A stretch of DNA of 63,214 nucleotides, filler included, from Dugesia japonica (GCA_001938525.1; 6 parts of 6 records of this genome joined end to end with filler, not necessarily neighbours in it); one strand, 5' to 3'. Positions 39,761 to 54,990 are shown, numbered from the whole stretch's first letter. A program made the numbers and translations. The notes: generated by a model not told the origin, from the letters alone.

Positions 39761-42652
39761 AAAAAACCTGGGCATTATCAGTTCATCCATTGGGTAATAA
39801 CAAACATCCCTCCTGTGTGTAGCAATTACGGCATGTTCTTTAAATTCTGCTGTAAGTATTCTTACCATTTAAAAACTCAAGCACACGTTTCTTGTCACTG
39901 TGCACTCTCGTCAACTTTCCGTATACAGCGCCAAAATTATGGGCTTCAGTTGCTTGCTAGGGTTGTACGAGCTAATACAAACCTCAAAGTCATTGTCGAT
40001 CGGATCTGTGACCTTGTTATTATGACTAATCGTATTGACTTGAAGCTTAAAATGCTAGGAAGAATCGTATTCTCCTACTGGATGTAAAAACCTCTTAAAA
40101 CACATCCAGTAATCTAAAATTAGCGAGGGACTTGAACATAAATAAATACACACTACTAATTGAAAACATTCAGAAAACCTTTCAAATTGGAAAGTTCTTA
40201 TTGAGTTGATCTCAGTATTGCCTCTGGTATTATGGTGTATTGAAAATGAACCAATTCTAAAACAAGTTGGGTAAGGCTTCGGTGGAATCAAAAAGTGTTT
40301 ATTCTATTGAGAATATTTTGCTGATTCCAACTAAGATAACTTAAAATCGCGGAAATTATTACTCAATGAAATAAATAAAGTATTTTGGTGAAAAAATCTC
40401 AAATTACAGATTTCAGCGCTTAGAGCATTATTCGCAGAGAACTGATATCGACTCAAATTTGGTATTATTTAACGCAGGAAAAAAGTGACTGTAAAGTTCA
40501 AATATAGTCTCGGTAAAAATGCTTCCTTACGAAGATGTACATTTCTCTCTAGGATTCCAAAATTAGAAAAGTAACTCAACATTTATCGAAATTGTTAATA
40601 TTCGATAGGAAATTTTATGGTGAGTACGAATAACACTGTTAACAATTGTCAAACCGTATACAAAAAAATTTATATAAAAAACCATTAAAACTAGATAATA
40701 AGATAAAGTCATTTTCAAACTAATAATTTATTTAATAAAAATTCAATCGAGCTGTCTGTTTCATTTGTTTGTTATCTGGTTCACTTTTTCAAACATTTTT
40801 GGTGATGATAATTTTAAAGCGTTTTAATTTGTTAATAATTTTAAGCTTCTTAGTTGATGATAATTTTCAAGCTATTTAGTTGGTATTAATTTTTAAGCTT
40901 TTTAGTTGGTGATGATTTTTTTGAACTTTTTAGCTTATGATTAATTAATTAATTGTTAATAAATCTTATATTTTAGAAAAACCTTTGAATTAAACTTTTA
41001 TCAATGTGGTGGATTGTAATTAATTTATGTCATTTATTGCTTAGTTTTAGTCTATTCAATCAATTTCATTGATTTTGGATGAATAGTAACTCAAAGGGCT
41101 CAAATCAAGTAAATAATTGATAAATTATGGTCTATTTGTTAAGGAATTTTACAGAGATAGTCAATTTGCATTAAGAAATTACTAGGAAATGGTCAAATGT
41201 TGTTTAACATTACTTGATCCCTATAGAAGTTTAACAATATATAACAAGTGTTCTAAATTATTAAATAAATAGTAAATAATAAATTATTAGTTAATTACTT
41301 TCATAAATTGATTCAATAACATTTTCTTTTCTTTCTAGACCATAAAATTAAGTCATTAAGTCATATACAGTCGTACGGAGCCTATCAAGCATGGTCCGTA
41401 AGCAACCAACCAAGTTCGTTCATAATGGAACTTGTCGATCAGCTTGCATAGTTATAAATATGTTAAGCTCGATTACTGTATGTGCATCTCTGGTAGCAGT
41501 GATTCCAACTATTTACATCCGGTCTTGAATGTATACCACTACAACTGTCCTTAACAATAATAAGCATAGACAATGATCCGCAAAATGGTATGGAATATCA
41601 ACACACTATTATCAAATCCAATGTATGTATTTAATAAAAAATTAAATATTTAATAAGAACGATAATGACAAATTAATAATAAATTCAAATAATAATAGTA
41701 AATTCATAAAAGATTTAACAAGGAAAAATGATTTATCAATACTAATTAAGTAATAATAATAATATAGTATATAAAGAAAATATATATTTGTAAATTATTA
41801 AATAAATGGTAAATTATTCTCATACATTGAATTTCATAACAGTATGTTTGCATTCCATACTATTACTTTACCTTATCCGGTTAGTACAGTGAAGCCATTG
41901 ATTGGACTATTCACATTGCAAACTGGCAAAGTGAAAACTATTAGCTTCCAATCGAGTCCATTCAATTATGAAAAGTTTTTCGATCATTAAAACAATAGTA
42001 AAATTTTAAATAAGGAAATTCTAGAAATTTAAAATGTCAGACAATTTAAATAAATTTAAATATTTTAATTATTCCCAGGTAAACATTGATATTTGATTTC
42101 TATGCGGTTACCACTTGATTTGTTGCATATGTAATGCACTCGTCTTACACATGTATTGTACTAATATTTGTATCCTAATATTTAAATACATTTCATATAC
42201 TTTTAGTAATTTTCAAACAAATTTATATGACTTCTAGAAACTTTCTGATAAATTTCCATGACTTCTAGTAAATTTCTGTTTAAGTTTTTATACAACCAGT
42301 AAACTTTAGAATTATTTTCGTGATGTTAAGTAATTTTTAGATATTTTTCATATAATTCATTTAATCTTTGAAAGTTTTTATCAACAACAAGACTATGGTC
42401 GAAAATTGGAACCTTTTTACAAATACATTTTATTTTTATCGAAGCTTTTTCTTTATTTTAATGAAATCTNNNNNNNNNNNNNNNNNNNNNNNNNNNNNNN
42501 NNNNNNNNNNNNNNNNNNNNNNNNNNNNNNNNNNNNNNNNNNNNNNNNNNNNNNNNNNNNNNNNNNNNNNNNNNNNNNNNNNNNNNNNNNNNNNNNNNNN
42601 NNNNNNNNNNNNNNNNNNNNNNNNNNNNNNNNNNNNNNNNNNNNNTATTATT

Positions 42653-42716
<64 letters not shown>

Positions 42717-42974
42717 GTTAAATTTAAAGTCTCACAAGTCTCCATAATTTGTTTGTTGATTATTACAAGTCTTTTCTTAAAAATAAAAATATGGAATAAC
42801 AATTAAAATATTTCAAACAAATAATCTAAGAAATCTTAATGAAATATTTTTCAACAATATTGGTTTTTTAAATTCTAAAATAATTTTTTTTAAACCACAA
42901 TATAGAAAATAATTTTTTAAAACTTTATAATTTAACAATGTAAAATTTTAACTTTAATTTAAAATACCTTTGTT

Positions 42975-43520
42975 TTGCATATATATCGTCTTTCGTTGTT
43001 TCTGTTTTTTGCATTTCTTCATTACGATTCGTGTTGAAATTTCTTTGTTCTGGGCTTCTGCGAACGGCATTTCTGTAGTTACGAACTACATTTATTCTTT
43101 CGGTTTTTACTTCGTCTTTTATGTCTCCCCATTCTTTTATTTCTTTAAATACATCGTCTACTTTTTCTATTTTTTCTTATTTGATTTTATGTTTAATCTT
43201 TCTGTCATTGCAACTATTCATTATTAGCCCTTTTGTTAAGTCTTCTTTGTTCCATTTATAAGCCATTAATTTTTCTACCCATCCTTCAATCTTCTTCTTA
43301 TTGATATTTATGTGCTCTCCATCCCTTCGATAGTTTAAAGCTTCCTCCATATTTTTAATCATTGTTGATGGTCTAAAGAAAGCCTTTCTGAATCTTTCTT
43401 CAAATCCCAATGATTCGTCTTCATTTTCAAAGATTCCACGCCGTTTTTTTATCTATGAAAGCAAGTACAAACAAGCTTCTATGGCCTTTCTTTGTTCCAG
43501 CAATATCAAAATATTTCGTG
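42975..43520 (-). mobile_element. LTR-retrotransposon gag-like fragment
   Basis: FDIAGTKK..LFVLAFID...FEERFRKAFFRP..MEEALNYRRDGE... followed by a K/R-rich tail. Helical gag-like character only; no diagnostic motif. Confidence 0.4.
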
Positions 43521-46373
43521 AAAATTAATGGTAATATACTGCTGTCAAGATTTTTTGTCTTTGGATATATATTTTAAAATTTAAATATTTTAATACCAGA
43601 TTACTACATTACATATAAATTAAGCTATTACCTATTAATTCAATTAAAAGTTATTATCAATCTAAGAAAATATGTAATTTATGCAAGTATTGAGTGAAAA
43701 TTATTCATTTATATATAAATATATTGTTTTTTTTTAAATCAAATTTTGGAAATTTTCACAAAATTAATTTAGAAACTCTAAATATGAACTTAAATGATTG
43801 TTTGTTAATCATGCTCAACATAACNNNNNNNNNNNNNNNNNNNNNNNNNNNNNNNNNNNNNNNNNNNNTTAATTAATTAANNNNNNNNNNNNNNNNNNNN
43901 NNNNNNNNNNNNNNNNNNNNNNNNAAAATCTTATAATTTTATCCGGATACATTTTGATGCTAAGAGTTCATAATTAGTTAAACGAAATTTAAGTTTTCAT
44001 GCATCTATTAAAGTTTTAATTTATCTAAGTTTATATGATAAAATGAAAACAATTGTGTTTTAAAACTAAATTTTAATAACTAATAACAAATAAAATAAAC
44101 CTTACAGTTATAAATTAATGAACACTACAGGAGCACAAGATTTGAAATTGATCGACTGGAGATATTCTTAAGGATTGGTTGAAAATGGATTGATGAAATG
44201 ATCTGGAAATGGAGACGAATGATTGGAGTGATAGAAGGTTCTTGAGAGTTCTATTGATTGATTTTCACGACAGAGAGATTGTCGACTTTTTCCAAAAATG
44301 TATTTCACAAAATTGTAGATTTGTCTGTCGTTTTTTAATACTCTCTAGAAGCGAGTATTTATAGAAAATTTCTGAATGCAATTACTGGGATTGTCTTTTT
44401 TCTTGACAGCCACTTCTGATAGGAATTGCTGATCTTCCCGAGTAGATATGTGGAAATTTCAAAAGTAATTATCTGATTTCTTCTAGATAAATGCACCGCG
44501 AGTTGACGACTTTGATCAGGAGAAGGCCAACTGTCTGACGATTGTCAAATTTGGAATTTGGTAAGATGATGAAAATAATTTCTTTAAAATTTNNNNNNNN
44601 NNNNNNNNNNNNNNNNNNNNNNNNNNNNNNNNNNNNNNNNNNNNNNNNNNNNNNNNNNNNNNNNNNNNNNNNCAATTTTTATTGAATTCTTGTTGATTTT
44701 CACTGGAATTTATAGATCGTGATTCGCATTTGATGCAAGACACTAAGTCAATGACACCATTAATAAGGGGGTACGTTTTGTCTATTTTTGAGCCCTTTTA
44801 TAGTAATTTTTGTTTAGATTTCCTTTCCGATTGGCCGTTTTTGATCAGAACTCACAATAATTTTCCAAAAAATGTTGTAAGCATATGGGAATAAAGGTAA
44901 TTTTTCTATATAATCAAACTGTTTCTTGATTAATTGATTTTGTTTTATAGGGTATATGTTCCACTTTATTCACTCCTGGAGGAATTTATCCATTATTTCG
45001 ATTTTATTTGGTAATTTACCGACATTTTATTTTTTGTAATTTTTAATTGTTCGAATAAAGTTTTATTATTTCAGATTTTTTTTGTTTTTTAATTTGAACG
45101 TTTATTATTATCTGTGTTTTATAGCTTTTAAATCAAGATGAATTAGTTGGGTTTTTTCCCAACAATTTCTTAGTTGTGACAGTGTGACTGTATATTTTCT
45201 TATTTTTTTGCTACAATCTCGTATGCAAATTTTAAATAGTTCAACACTTTTTCTGAATCCTCACAAACTAATGAACTGTACAATTCTTTTATCTAATCTA
45301 TTTTTTCTGTAATGGAATCCATACTTCTCATTTTTTGTTTTAATTAAATTTACATCCATTTAAAACTTTCTGAATAATTTCATTTTTATATACTCAATAA
45401 CCTTGATGTTGTTTTGCCATTTACACTTGTTTGTACTTGCACTTGTTCTCATCTTTTCTTTTTTCGATACTCATGTTTCGTCTACCATTTATTTAAATTA
45501 ATTTATAATTTATACAATGAATATTTCTTTGCATGAAAATATTGCATAACATTATTAATAATAGTGTACTGTGTTTCCCGTAGGTGATATTTTTTATTAC
45601 AATTTAATATAAATTCTATCTTGAAAGTAAGCCTTAGAAAAAAAGTCAGTACAAATTGATAGAAACGTTAGTCTGTACATATAACAAGATCTTAACCAAT
45701 CAGGTGATTCGTGACAAAAATCGAATGATAAACCACTAACATTATGAAGATTAAATAAATTGTTTTATTTTTTATGAGTTTTACAATTACAATTATTGCG
45801 AGAATAATTGTTGATCTTAATNATCAATCTCATTTAAGATTTCATTAAATTAAAAGCTTCGATCGGAATGTTGTTTTACTTTCTTGTTAATTAGTTATTC
45901 AAAATTTTGGAAACTGTTTTCTTCAGGAAATTTAACTTTTTGATTTATTCAAGTTATAATCAAATTAACTTAAAGTTATTATATATTTTTTAGATAAAAA
46001 TTTTACTTGATAAATTTCCTAAAATAAGCCCTAGGCTTATTCTGAGGAAAAGTTAAAATAATAGAAAACTAATAACGGTTAATATAACGATATTATGATT
46101 TGTGTAAGTTACAATATCTTTGTCCTCTATCATATTTCAATAACAANNNNNNNNNNNNNNNNNNNNNNNNNNNNNNNNNNNNNNNNNNNNNNNNNNNNNN
46201 NNNNNNNNNNNNNNNNNNNNNNNNNNNNNNNNNNNNNNNNNNNNNNNNNNNNNNNNNNNNNNNNNNNNNNNNNNNNNNNNNNNNNNNNACAATTATTGTG
46301 AGAATAATTGTTGGACTTAACCATTGATCGGATTTGAGATTTCATTAAAATAAGATAAGAATAAGATAAGAAG

Positions 46374-46417
46374 AACATGTTCCTGAAGAAGACTATTGTC
46401 GAAAATTTGAACTTGTT
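46374..46417 (+). ncRNA. Minimal type-I hammerhead ribozyme in a Penelope-like terminal repeat
   Basis: AACATGTTC-CTGAAGA-A-GAC(TATT)GTC-GAAA-ATTT-GAACTTGTT: intact core, 3-bp stem II, palindromic stem III, 8/9-bp stem I. Confidence 0.6.
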
Positions 46418-46552
46418 TTACAAATAAATTTTGTTTTGTTTTGATCGAAGCCTTATCTTATTTTAATGAAATATTATTTTTTTGTTTATTTTAAAAATTA
46501 CAATTTGTGTAATTATTTACTATTTTAAAATTTGTAACCATTGATCTCTGAA

Positions 46553-46876
46553 TTAAAAAATTAAATATTTTCAAAATTACAAAAATTAAATAATGCGTAG
46601 ATCAAAAAAGTTTCAAAAAATGTTCCTTTTTAAATTTTTATTAAAGTAACAAAAAATTTTCAAAAAAAACNTTTTTATTTTTTTCCAAATTTTCGATTTT
46701 ATCTTCTTCAGGAGTTGTGATTGATTTATTCAATTTGAAGTTTAATATAAATTTTTTTAATTTTAAATAAAATAAAATTTTTTAATAAAAGTTTTAGAAA
46801 AGAAACATTTTTTGAAACTTTTCTGATCTACGCCTTAGTTTATTTTCGTAATTTTGAAAATATTTAATTTTTTAAC
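46553..46876. mobile_element. AT-rich fold-back element with ~90-bp inverted arms; related copy at 49225-49390
   Basis: TTAAAAAATTAAATATTTTCAAAATTAC...GTAGATCAAAAAAGTTTCAAAAAATG is inverted at ~46780-46876. Confidence 0.6.
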
Positions 46877-47899
46877 TACTTATAATTTCATTTTTTTAAT
46901 TTTGATGAATATAAATTCTAAAATTATAAAACTAAAATATATCAGGATTTTCCGAAAAGTGAAATATAGTAATGAAGATTTGAAAATATTTGCAAACCAA
47001 AACCAAATTAGGTCATAATATTTCAACCTTTTTTCGACATATTTCACTGACTCCATCACTCACCGATACAAATTCGCTAATTTCTGCTACTCATTTAGTA
47101 GTAGAAATATAATGTTACTGTTGAATATTGACGTTTTGGCGAGAGTCATCGGTGAAGCAGCAAATGAGAGTCGACAAGAACTTCAGAACATCCAAGAAAT
47201 AACAATGCTATCGTGCTGTTGCGACTACTATTGCAGCGCAGTATCCAACTACTTATAAAGTGGAGTGAGGAAACTCTGAATGAAAAAACAAACGTTTGCA
47301 ATTTTGACCGAATGTCTATGCTAAAAGAAAGGTAGAAGTTTTATGTTGATGTTATATTAATGCTCAGATGTCCTACTTTCATGAGACATACAAGTTATAA
47401 AAACTAACCTTTCATCACTCACCACCGCTCACTAACTCTGCATTCACTTTTTATCGCTCATAAATTCATCTAGATCGCCAAGGTTTGGGAAATACTGAAT
47501 TAGGTTATTAAGATGCAATGTAATAATTTCTAAATTTATTCATTTCATTTGTTTTGTATATATGTTGATGTTGATAAGTTTGTTTCATTAAAGATTTTTT
47601 GAAATTATGAAGCACCCTAACTAAAATGATTCAAGCATCCCCTCCTTGTGCTTGGAGTCACTGGCCTTCTCTTAAAGATTGAGCACAAACACCTCTACAC
47701 GAACATAAGTATCTGGTTTTTATGAAACAAANNNNNNNNNNNNNNNNNNNNNNNNNNNNNNNNNNNNNNNNNNNNNNNNNNNNNNNNNNNNNNNNNNNNN
47801 NNNNNNNNNNNNNNNNNNNNNNNNAAAAACACCCCTAGTTCAGTTTTAATCGAGTAAATACAGAATTAGATGTAATAAAATCGTTTTACATAAAATAAG

Positions 47900-48690
47900 A
47901 AGATTAAAGTAAATAAAAAAATTGTCCCTCTTGGAGTTTCTCCTTATGAGGTTCTGGAAATCCTCTCTCTATTAAAAAACATCTTGCCAAATATTTCATC
48001 GATACTGTCAGTTTTGGCTTTATTACATGTGTTCTATCTTTCATCATCACTGGTTGTGTGTTCCTCTCATTTGCTCTTTTTAATGGTAAATTTTTTACAC
48101 GTATTTTCTGTCTATCCTCTTCAACTCTATTTATGTATGGTTTCCCTAAATTTCCATAATTCATCTTTTTTGTATCATACACATATTTTCATTTTCGGCG
48201 ATTTTTTGAAAATGTTTCTTGTCTTTGTAAATCTTCGCTAGGTATCTCATTTCCGTGATCTTGATATCAAGACGCGTCGTCAATGTTTTTCTCAACTTTG
48301 TATTTTCACATTCTTTAAGAGTACGTCATTAATTATTTCATCTTTACTTAGTCATGAATTCATGACATTATCTATCAGATTTCTTACTCTGCTTTCGAAT
48401 GCTGCGAATCTTTCTCCAGTCTCTTGTTTTGCCATTGCAAATTCTAAAACCAGCTTTGTAAACGATTTTTTTAAAATCATAAATGTGTCTGTGAACCATT
48501 TTGTGAACAAATTGAATTCGTTAACGATAGTCCCTTCCCCGATATCCTTAAACCATTTTGAAGTTTCTTCTACAACTTTCCCATCATATTTTCTGACATT
48601 AAAATTTATTAATTCTTGTGCATTTTTCAGGAAACGCATCTAAATTTGCTTTCCGTTGATACTGTTGTCTTGTTGTCGCCAGTTACAATA
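47900..48690 (-). mobile_element. Ty3/Gypsy 5' fragment: PBS-like site + gag
   Basis: GTAAC-TGGCGACAACAAG at 48681 (PBS-like), followed by ORF 48352-48639 with the gag motif AKQETGERFAAFESRVRNL. Confidence 0.7.
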
Positions 48691-49531
48691 TCCTTGCCCT
48701 TTATCATACTTGAAGAATAACTAAGTGCTTAGAATATTTATTAAATATAAATTATAACGTTAATACGTATTATTCAAACTGCGTTATTTCGAATTTCCAT
48801 AACTCGTTATATTACCGACCTCTTTTTGGTCTTAACACGAATTAGAAAATACGTTAAAATTTGGTAATTTTATATTTCAATTATGACATTAAAATGCAGT
48901 AGTATTTGAAAAAGAAATCAAAATTCAAATTTCATTTGGCGCTAATTTTGTCTATAAGTTAATCTTAAAATTTCATTTCAATAGGTAGTGTTAACATTAA
49001 GTGTAATTAATAAAGTTAATAAAAAATTAAAATATTTTTTATTTTCTTTCTATTAGTTTTAATATAAATCAAAAATAACTAAATAAATAAATAAATTTTT
49101 GTGGTATTAATAATAAAAATTTTTAAAGGAAGTTAATACTAACTTTATTATTATTTTGTATTTTGTGAAAATTACACTTTGTGTAGTTATTAACTTTTTA
49201 AAAATTTTTAACCATTAATCTGTGAATAAAAAAATTAAATATTTTCAAAATTACATAAATAAAATAAGGTGTAGATCAAAAAAGTTTCAAAAAAATGTTT
49301 CTTTTTTAAAATTTTTATTAAAGTAACAAAAATCTTTTCCAAAAAAATCGTTTTTATTTTTTCCCAAATTTTCGATTTTATCTTTTTCAAGAATTTAACT
49401 TGAATTTCTAACTTTGGAATTCTTTGTAGTTTTTTTTCTGAAATTTATTTTCTTATGCATATATGTAAGCATAACACAACACGTAAGAATTTTGTAGAAT
49501 ATGTAATCATATTTACTTAGATTTCTTGAAG

Positions 49532-49769
49532 TGCAAACCGAGCAAAATAAGACAAAATTACAAAATGTAACATGAAAGCAAAAATAAAATATGTATAAAT
49601 TAAAGTTTTAAAAACATTTTTATTTACTTTTTGCAGTTTTTAACAGTTAAAACTTTTAATAGCGAAATCGTAAAATCAAATACAACTTAAATCCATTTTT
49701 ACAAGGCATTGTAAAATGATTTCCAATTAATCACAATATAATGCCTTTATCTCATCGCTCGGTTTGCAT
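49532..49769. mobile_element. Short MITE-like element
   Basis: Inverted ends TGCAAACCGAGC ... GCTCGGTTTGCA. Confidence 0.45.
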
Positions 49770-49849
49770 TATTACCAGATATAGAAAATACATATTCACA
49801 AATTTTAAGAAGATCTTGATATTGTTCTGGATAATCCTTCATAATATTC

Positions 49850-50748
49850 GTTAAAACGGTGATCAAAAAATTCCACAAATGAAAAATTGCGTTCAGGAGA
49901 ACCAATTGAAGCTAATGAAAAGAAAATAAAGGCGTTGATTGAAGAAAACTATCAAATCACTATGAGATTAAATTTATTGAATTTAACCGTTTATAATTAC
50001 ATAAAACGACTAGGTTTTGTTTCAAATCTGAATATATTGGTGCATCACCTAAAGAATGAGATCTACTCCGTTGAATTAACATATGTGATTTGCTCCTAAA
50101 AGTCCTGTACATGATCATTTTTGAAGTGATTCATAATTGATGATGAAAAATGGATTGTTTTAAACAATGTGAAAGCATCTCCAAAGCCGATATTCATCAA
50201 AAAAGAGTGATGTTTTCTATCTGTTGAGAGTTTAATGGAATTATTAATTTCTACCTTCTACGAGACAATTCTACAATTTATTCGAAAGTGTACTGCAATC
50301 AAGTAGGCAAATTGAATGACACTATGAAACAGAAATAACCAGAATTGATTAACAGAAAAGATATAGTGTTCCACAAGGATAAGGTCAGACCTCAAATAAG
50401 TTTGGCCTCTCGTCAAAAGCTGTAACATCTGGGATGAGATATTTTACCACATCTACAGTATTTTTCAGATCTAGCACCCTCAAACTATTTTTGCATTGTT
50501 CTTTGAGCAGTTTTTAAATAGTGAAACCTTTAGTTCTAATAAAGATGTCAAAAATCACCTCGATCAGATTTGTGCCAGTAAAGATCAAAACTTTTATGAA
50601 CGGAATCATGTCAATATTAAAGAAATGGCAAAAACTGTTTGACCAAATTTGTTATTATGAAATTTAAGACAATATATGTGGATTACAAAATAAATTTACT
50701 TTGTTTTTTATAAGCAAAAACAAAATTGCTTTACAAACAACGCAATAT
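49850..50748 (+). mobile_element. Mariner (mellifera-like) transposase remnant with 3' TIR
   Basis: RSGEPIEANEKKIKALIEEN, DDEKWIV, PKADIHQKRVM, PELINRKDIVFHKDKVRP, LPHLQYFSDLAPSNY; many stops. Confidence 0.88.
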
Positions 50749-50789
50749 AATGTACACGAATATGTTCATTATTGCTGTAAAAATGTTGT

Positions 50790-51970
50790 TATAATAAAGA
50801 TATGTAGACGAAATTGCCTTACAAAGTGTTGTACAATCGTGAAAACAGAAAGAGAAAACAGCCTACATTGCCACGACTCCTGCCCTAAAAAGCAAATCTT
50901 AGTATTTTGAAATGAGAGATTAAACAGGCTATCAGTAAGAATAATCCGACGCTAAGAACTATTACGAATGAACTGCTTTTTGAGGTAAGCAACTAAGTAT
51001 TGGTATATATGCATAAACGATTAAATATGGCGAAGAATTTCTCGAATTAGAGAAGTGATGTATCTGTACAAAGTCTTACATCAATGAACTTTTCAATACC
51101 AAAAGAGTATGAAGAATTAATTCTTTATAATACCACCGCAAAGTCTTCGAATAGAATCCTGGCCCTGGGAAATGTAACTCTTTTAATTGAAGTAAAAATA
51201 GTCAAGAAGTTTGGACATGGATCTTTCAATAAAGCCTTAGATCTTTTTTATCAACTTTATACATAGCATAAGTAACTCATATCCACCCTGCGTTTAATTT
51301 TAAACATTAAATACATAAATCAGATGTTACATTTAATTACTCCAAAATTTAGCACTTTATAAAGTAAAAAAAGAGCAGTTACAAATGCATTTCAAAATGT
51401 GAAAGTTAAAGGTTGTTATTTTCATGTGTCACAAAGCATAAAAAAATAAATAATGTTGAACGGAAAAGTACTTTTGATATTGATATGAAACTTGAACTTA
51501 AATCTTTGGCAGATTTAGCATTTATAGGCATAATAGATGTGAAAACTGTGTTTTATAAATGTGATGAAAAATTTCCAGACGAAGAAAGTTAGAACAAAAT
51601 TTTGAGTTATTTCTTCACTAATTACATTGAAGATCCAGTGGGTAGAATTGTAAATTTCAATAGAGCTATGAAACCATTATAATAACACAGAGTTGGAAGA
51701 GTCTCCCAAGACAACCAACTGCCAAGAAGGCTTTCATTATCTTCTTAACTCATTGTTCTTACATAATCATCCTAGTTTATAGAACCTATTTGATGGATTA
51801 AAATGAGATATAGATGCCAGTATTTAACAATATCATATACTGCATATTCTTGTTCAGAAAGGTTAACAAGATATATAAAAGATAGCAAAAAATTGTATAG
51901 CCGTTCATGAATATAATAAATTGGAAGATAAACTACAATATTTGAAGAGATTGACTAAATTTCAAAAATC
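50790..51970 (+). mobile_element. MULE transposase remnant (FLYWCH + DDE)
   Basis: CRRNCLTKC...HCHD, NFSIPKEY..NRILALGN..FGHGSFNKALDLFYQLYT, VKGCYFHVSQSI (CxFH), PKTTNCQEGFH. Confidence 0.85.
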
Positions 51971-53645
51971 AAATGTTGTGTTTGTTTCCATTTTCATTGT
52001 TATATTTATTTTGTTTGTTTTTCTCTACTTTAAAAATGAAATTAATTAAGAATGAACATCCGAGGTTCTAAATATGGTGTCAAATAATAAATTTATATTG
52101 TGAGTAATTTTCTTGTGCTCATGTTTTAGGGCGGCTTCAATTTTTTGAGATGAAACCACCATCATAGGTAACAAGTTAATAAGAATAAAAAAGTAAAACC
52201 TTGCGCTGTCCATAATTTTGATCGCATCAAATCGATCTTGGTATCATTCTAATGAAAATTAAAAAGTACTTATACATTGCCTAAAGAACTTTGGCCATAA
52301 AATTCTTTGTTTGCACCTGAACGATGTTCAATCTAAAACAAAGATTTTTTTGAAATTGCATTTAACAAAGATAGATACGTGGTATGATTACCGTTACAGT
52401 ATTGTTTGAATCTTTAAGAAGCGGCGTATTCTATAATGCAATCATTAATTCTATCAAGCTAGATTGTAAAAAGTTAATAAGGATTAAAATTTGATAACTC
52501 GCCCAACCTTCATATTTAATCGGATAAAGTCGGTTTTGGTATCATTTGATATCAATCACCATCAAACTTTCCTATTAAACTTATCAAATATTTTATACCA
52601 TTTAATAGAGAATTAAAAGAAAAATATGTTTCACTTATAAATTATTGAATGCAAATGTTTTCCTAACAGTGATATCGATAAACAAAGATTTTGGCTATAC
52701 GGTGGGCGGTTCCAAGTTTTTGAGTTGAAATCCACATCATCGGATGAAAATAAAAAAGTATTTATACCTATGGACCTTAAAAGATCCATGGCGAAATGTA
52801 TTTCCTTCATATCGAAAAATTAAAAACAATCTGGTAAGTAGATAGTAGCGTATCAGCCCACCTAAAATCTTCATTTTTAAAATTGAGTTAAAACCAATAT
52901 ATGCATACTATGATGACAAACTAAGTATTGTTGGACTCATAAAAGCTTGAGGAATATAACTGCTATTTTGGAATTTCAATCTGACGTATTGGTGGCGAGT
53001 TATTAAAGATTTAAAATTTTAAAGTTTAAAAGCGCACACAGACTTAACTTTCCATCATTTAGATTTGAATTTGATACTACCAAGTAGACAATTAAAAATA
53101 CCTATTAATTGTTTTAAAGGATTAGTATGAGAAAATGTATACCTTACCAGAAAATTACATAAGAAAAAACAAATGATATTTAAAAAATATTTTAAAAACG
53201 GATTTTTGATACCATTTTTTAATTAAAATGCATCAAACGAATATGTAGCGAGATATTCGCCATTAAAATTTTAAACATGAAAAGAATTAATAAATTATCT
53301 ACTTATATATTCTTGCGAAATTAAATCATACTTTTCAAATTATTAAATAATACCATATCATATAAATTACAACAAACCAATGAACTTTAATGGGAGTTTA
53401 TACATCAACTGGTATAATATTTATCATGTTTTGTAAGGTTCCTATAGATTTCTTTAGAGTTTAATATCATTGCGCATCCAACAATGTCAAGTTTGACCAG
53501 AAAATATGATTTTAAATGAACTTTGACCTTTTAAATCGATATGTANNNNNNNNNNNNNNNNNNNNNNNNNNNNNNNNNNNNNNNNNNNNTTAATTAATTA
53601 ANNNNNNNNNNNNNNNNNNNNNNNNNNNNNNNNNNNNNNNNNNNN

Positions 53646-54704
53646 CCATAGTCCTAATAATTTAACCGGTCTCTCATCATGATTTTCGGTTATTTCTTGA
53701 CCGTAGAATATTGATATATGAAGACAGTGGGGATATCGACATGTCCTGGGATCTATATAAACTGGCAAAAAGAAAATGGGAGGCCCATATTGCCACTGTT
53801 AATAGTAAGGTGAAACGTTACAAAAGTAAATGTCATGCATACCGACTGGAAGCTAAAGCTTTTCACGCACGAGAACGCGTGTAGAAACAACAACTGGAAA
53901 AGTTCGCCGATGTAATACGGTCCCTCCATTATCGTGAAAATAAACTGATTTCCGATTTACTCGAAATGCGTAAGTGGATCCCCTTGGAGCCTTTATTGGT
54001 AAATGAAACTACTCAAACCCAAAATTGATTAATTAATTGTTTTATGAATAATTAAACCCTCCTGTATAACTTGCTTTGAATCATTAATTATTCTGTTTAT
54101 TAGTTGACATTTACGCTGTTTCTTTCTAGTGCAACGGATTCGTTTACCCAATTCACTCAAGCGTTGTCACAGACTAATCGAAATATTACTACTCGAACGC
54201 CATTACGCTAAACAAAATGAGCGCGCACTACTACATCACTTAATCCAACGCAATCGTCTAATAAAGAAATTGGATATCATAGTAAAAAAACAGGATGTGT
54301 TGGTGAATCGAACAAAACAGATTTTGGTAAATAAAATCGATTTTCTAAATAGGTATATCGCCAACCTGTCCACTCGATAGGAATTAGAGAGTTGAACAAG
54401 ATAGAATAATGATGATGATGAGGCTGCATGCGATTTTGCGAATGACAAGGCCGTCCAGTGGCTTGACTCTATTTTTTTCTATTTAAATGATTATTAATGT
54501 CTCAAATTGATTGATTAATGAGGAAATAATGAACCCGAACAAAAGGTACTTGTGCATGCACTCCAAATACATGTTGGGAGTCAAAGGCCTTGTACTAAAA
54601 ACCTGAAACAGGAACTTTAGGTCAATTCTTCGAAGGGTCCCCGGAGGGCTGTCTTTTCCCCCAGCCATATTTTTTCTACACACAACTCAGGTGGAACCCC
54701 AACA
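53646..54704 (+). mobile_element. Giant LTR copy B (3' ~1.06 kb, truncated by scaffold start) with ORF-c (~53718-54028) and ORF-d (54130-~54480)
   Basis: EDSGDIDMSWDLYKLAKRKWEA...IRSLHYRENKL..PLEPLLVNETTQTQN*; tttctttctag|TG CAA CGG ATT; ends GGTGGAACCCCAACA. Confidence 0.8.
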
Positions 54705-54990
54705 ATTATATTATTAAAGAACAGTGAATCCAATATTTAATTAAAAATCAATATTTCATAGAATATCATTAAATATTATTTTGCTAATATATTGGATAAA
54801 AAACGTGTTACTTATTTAATTTACTTTATAATTTTTAACGTGTAAATTTTATTATGCATATTTTTATTGTGTAAAGTTTTTTTATTTTACAATTGCAGTT
54901 ATTGCGAAAATAATTGGTGGACGTAACCATTGATCATTTTTTAGAATTCATTTATAATAAAAGCTTCGATCAAAATTTGTTTTTTTGAGA

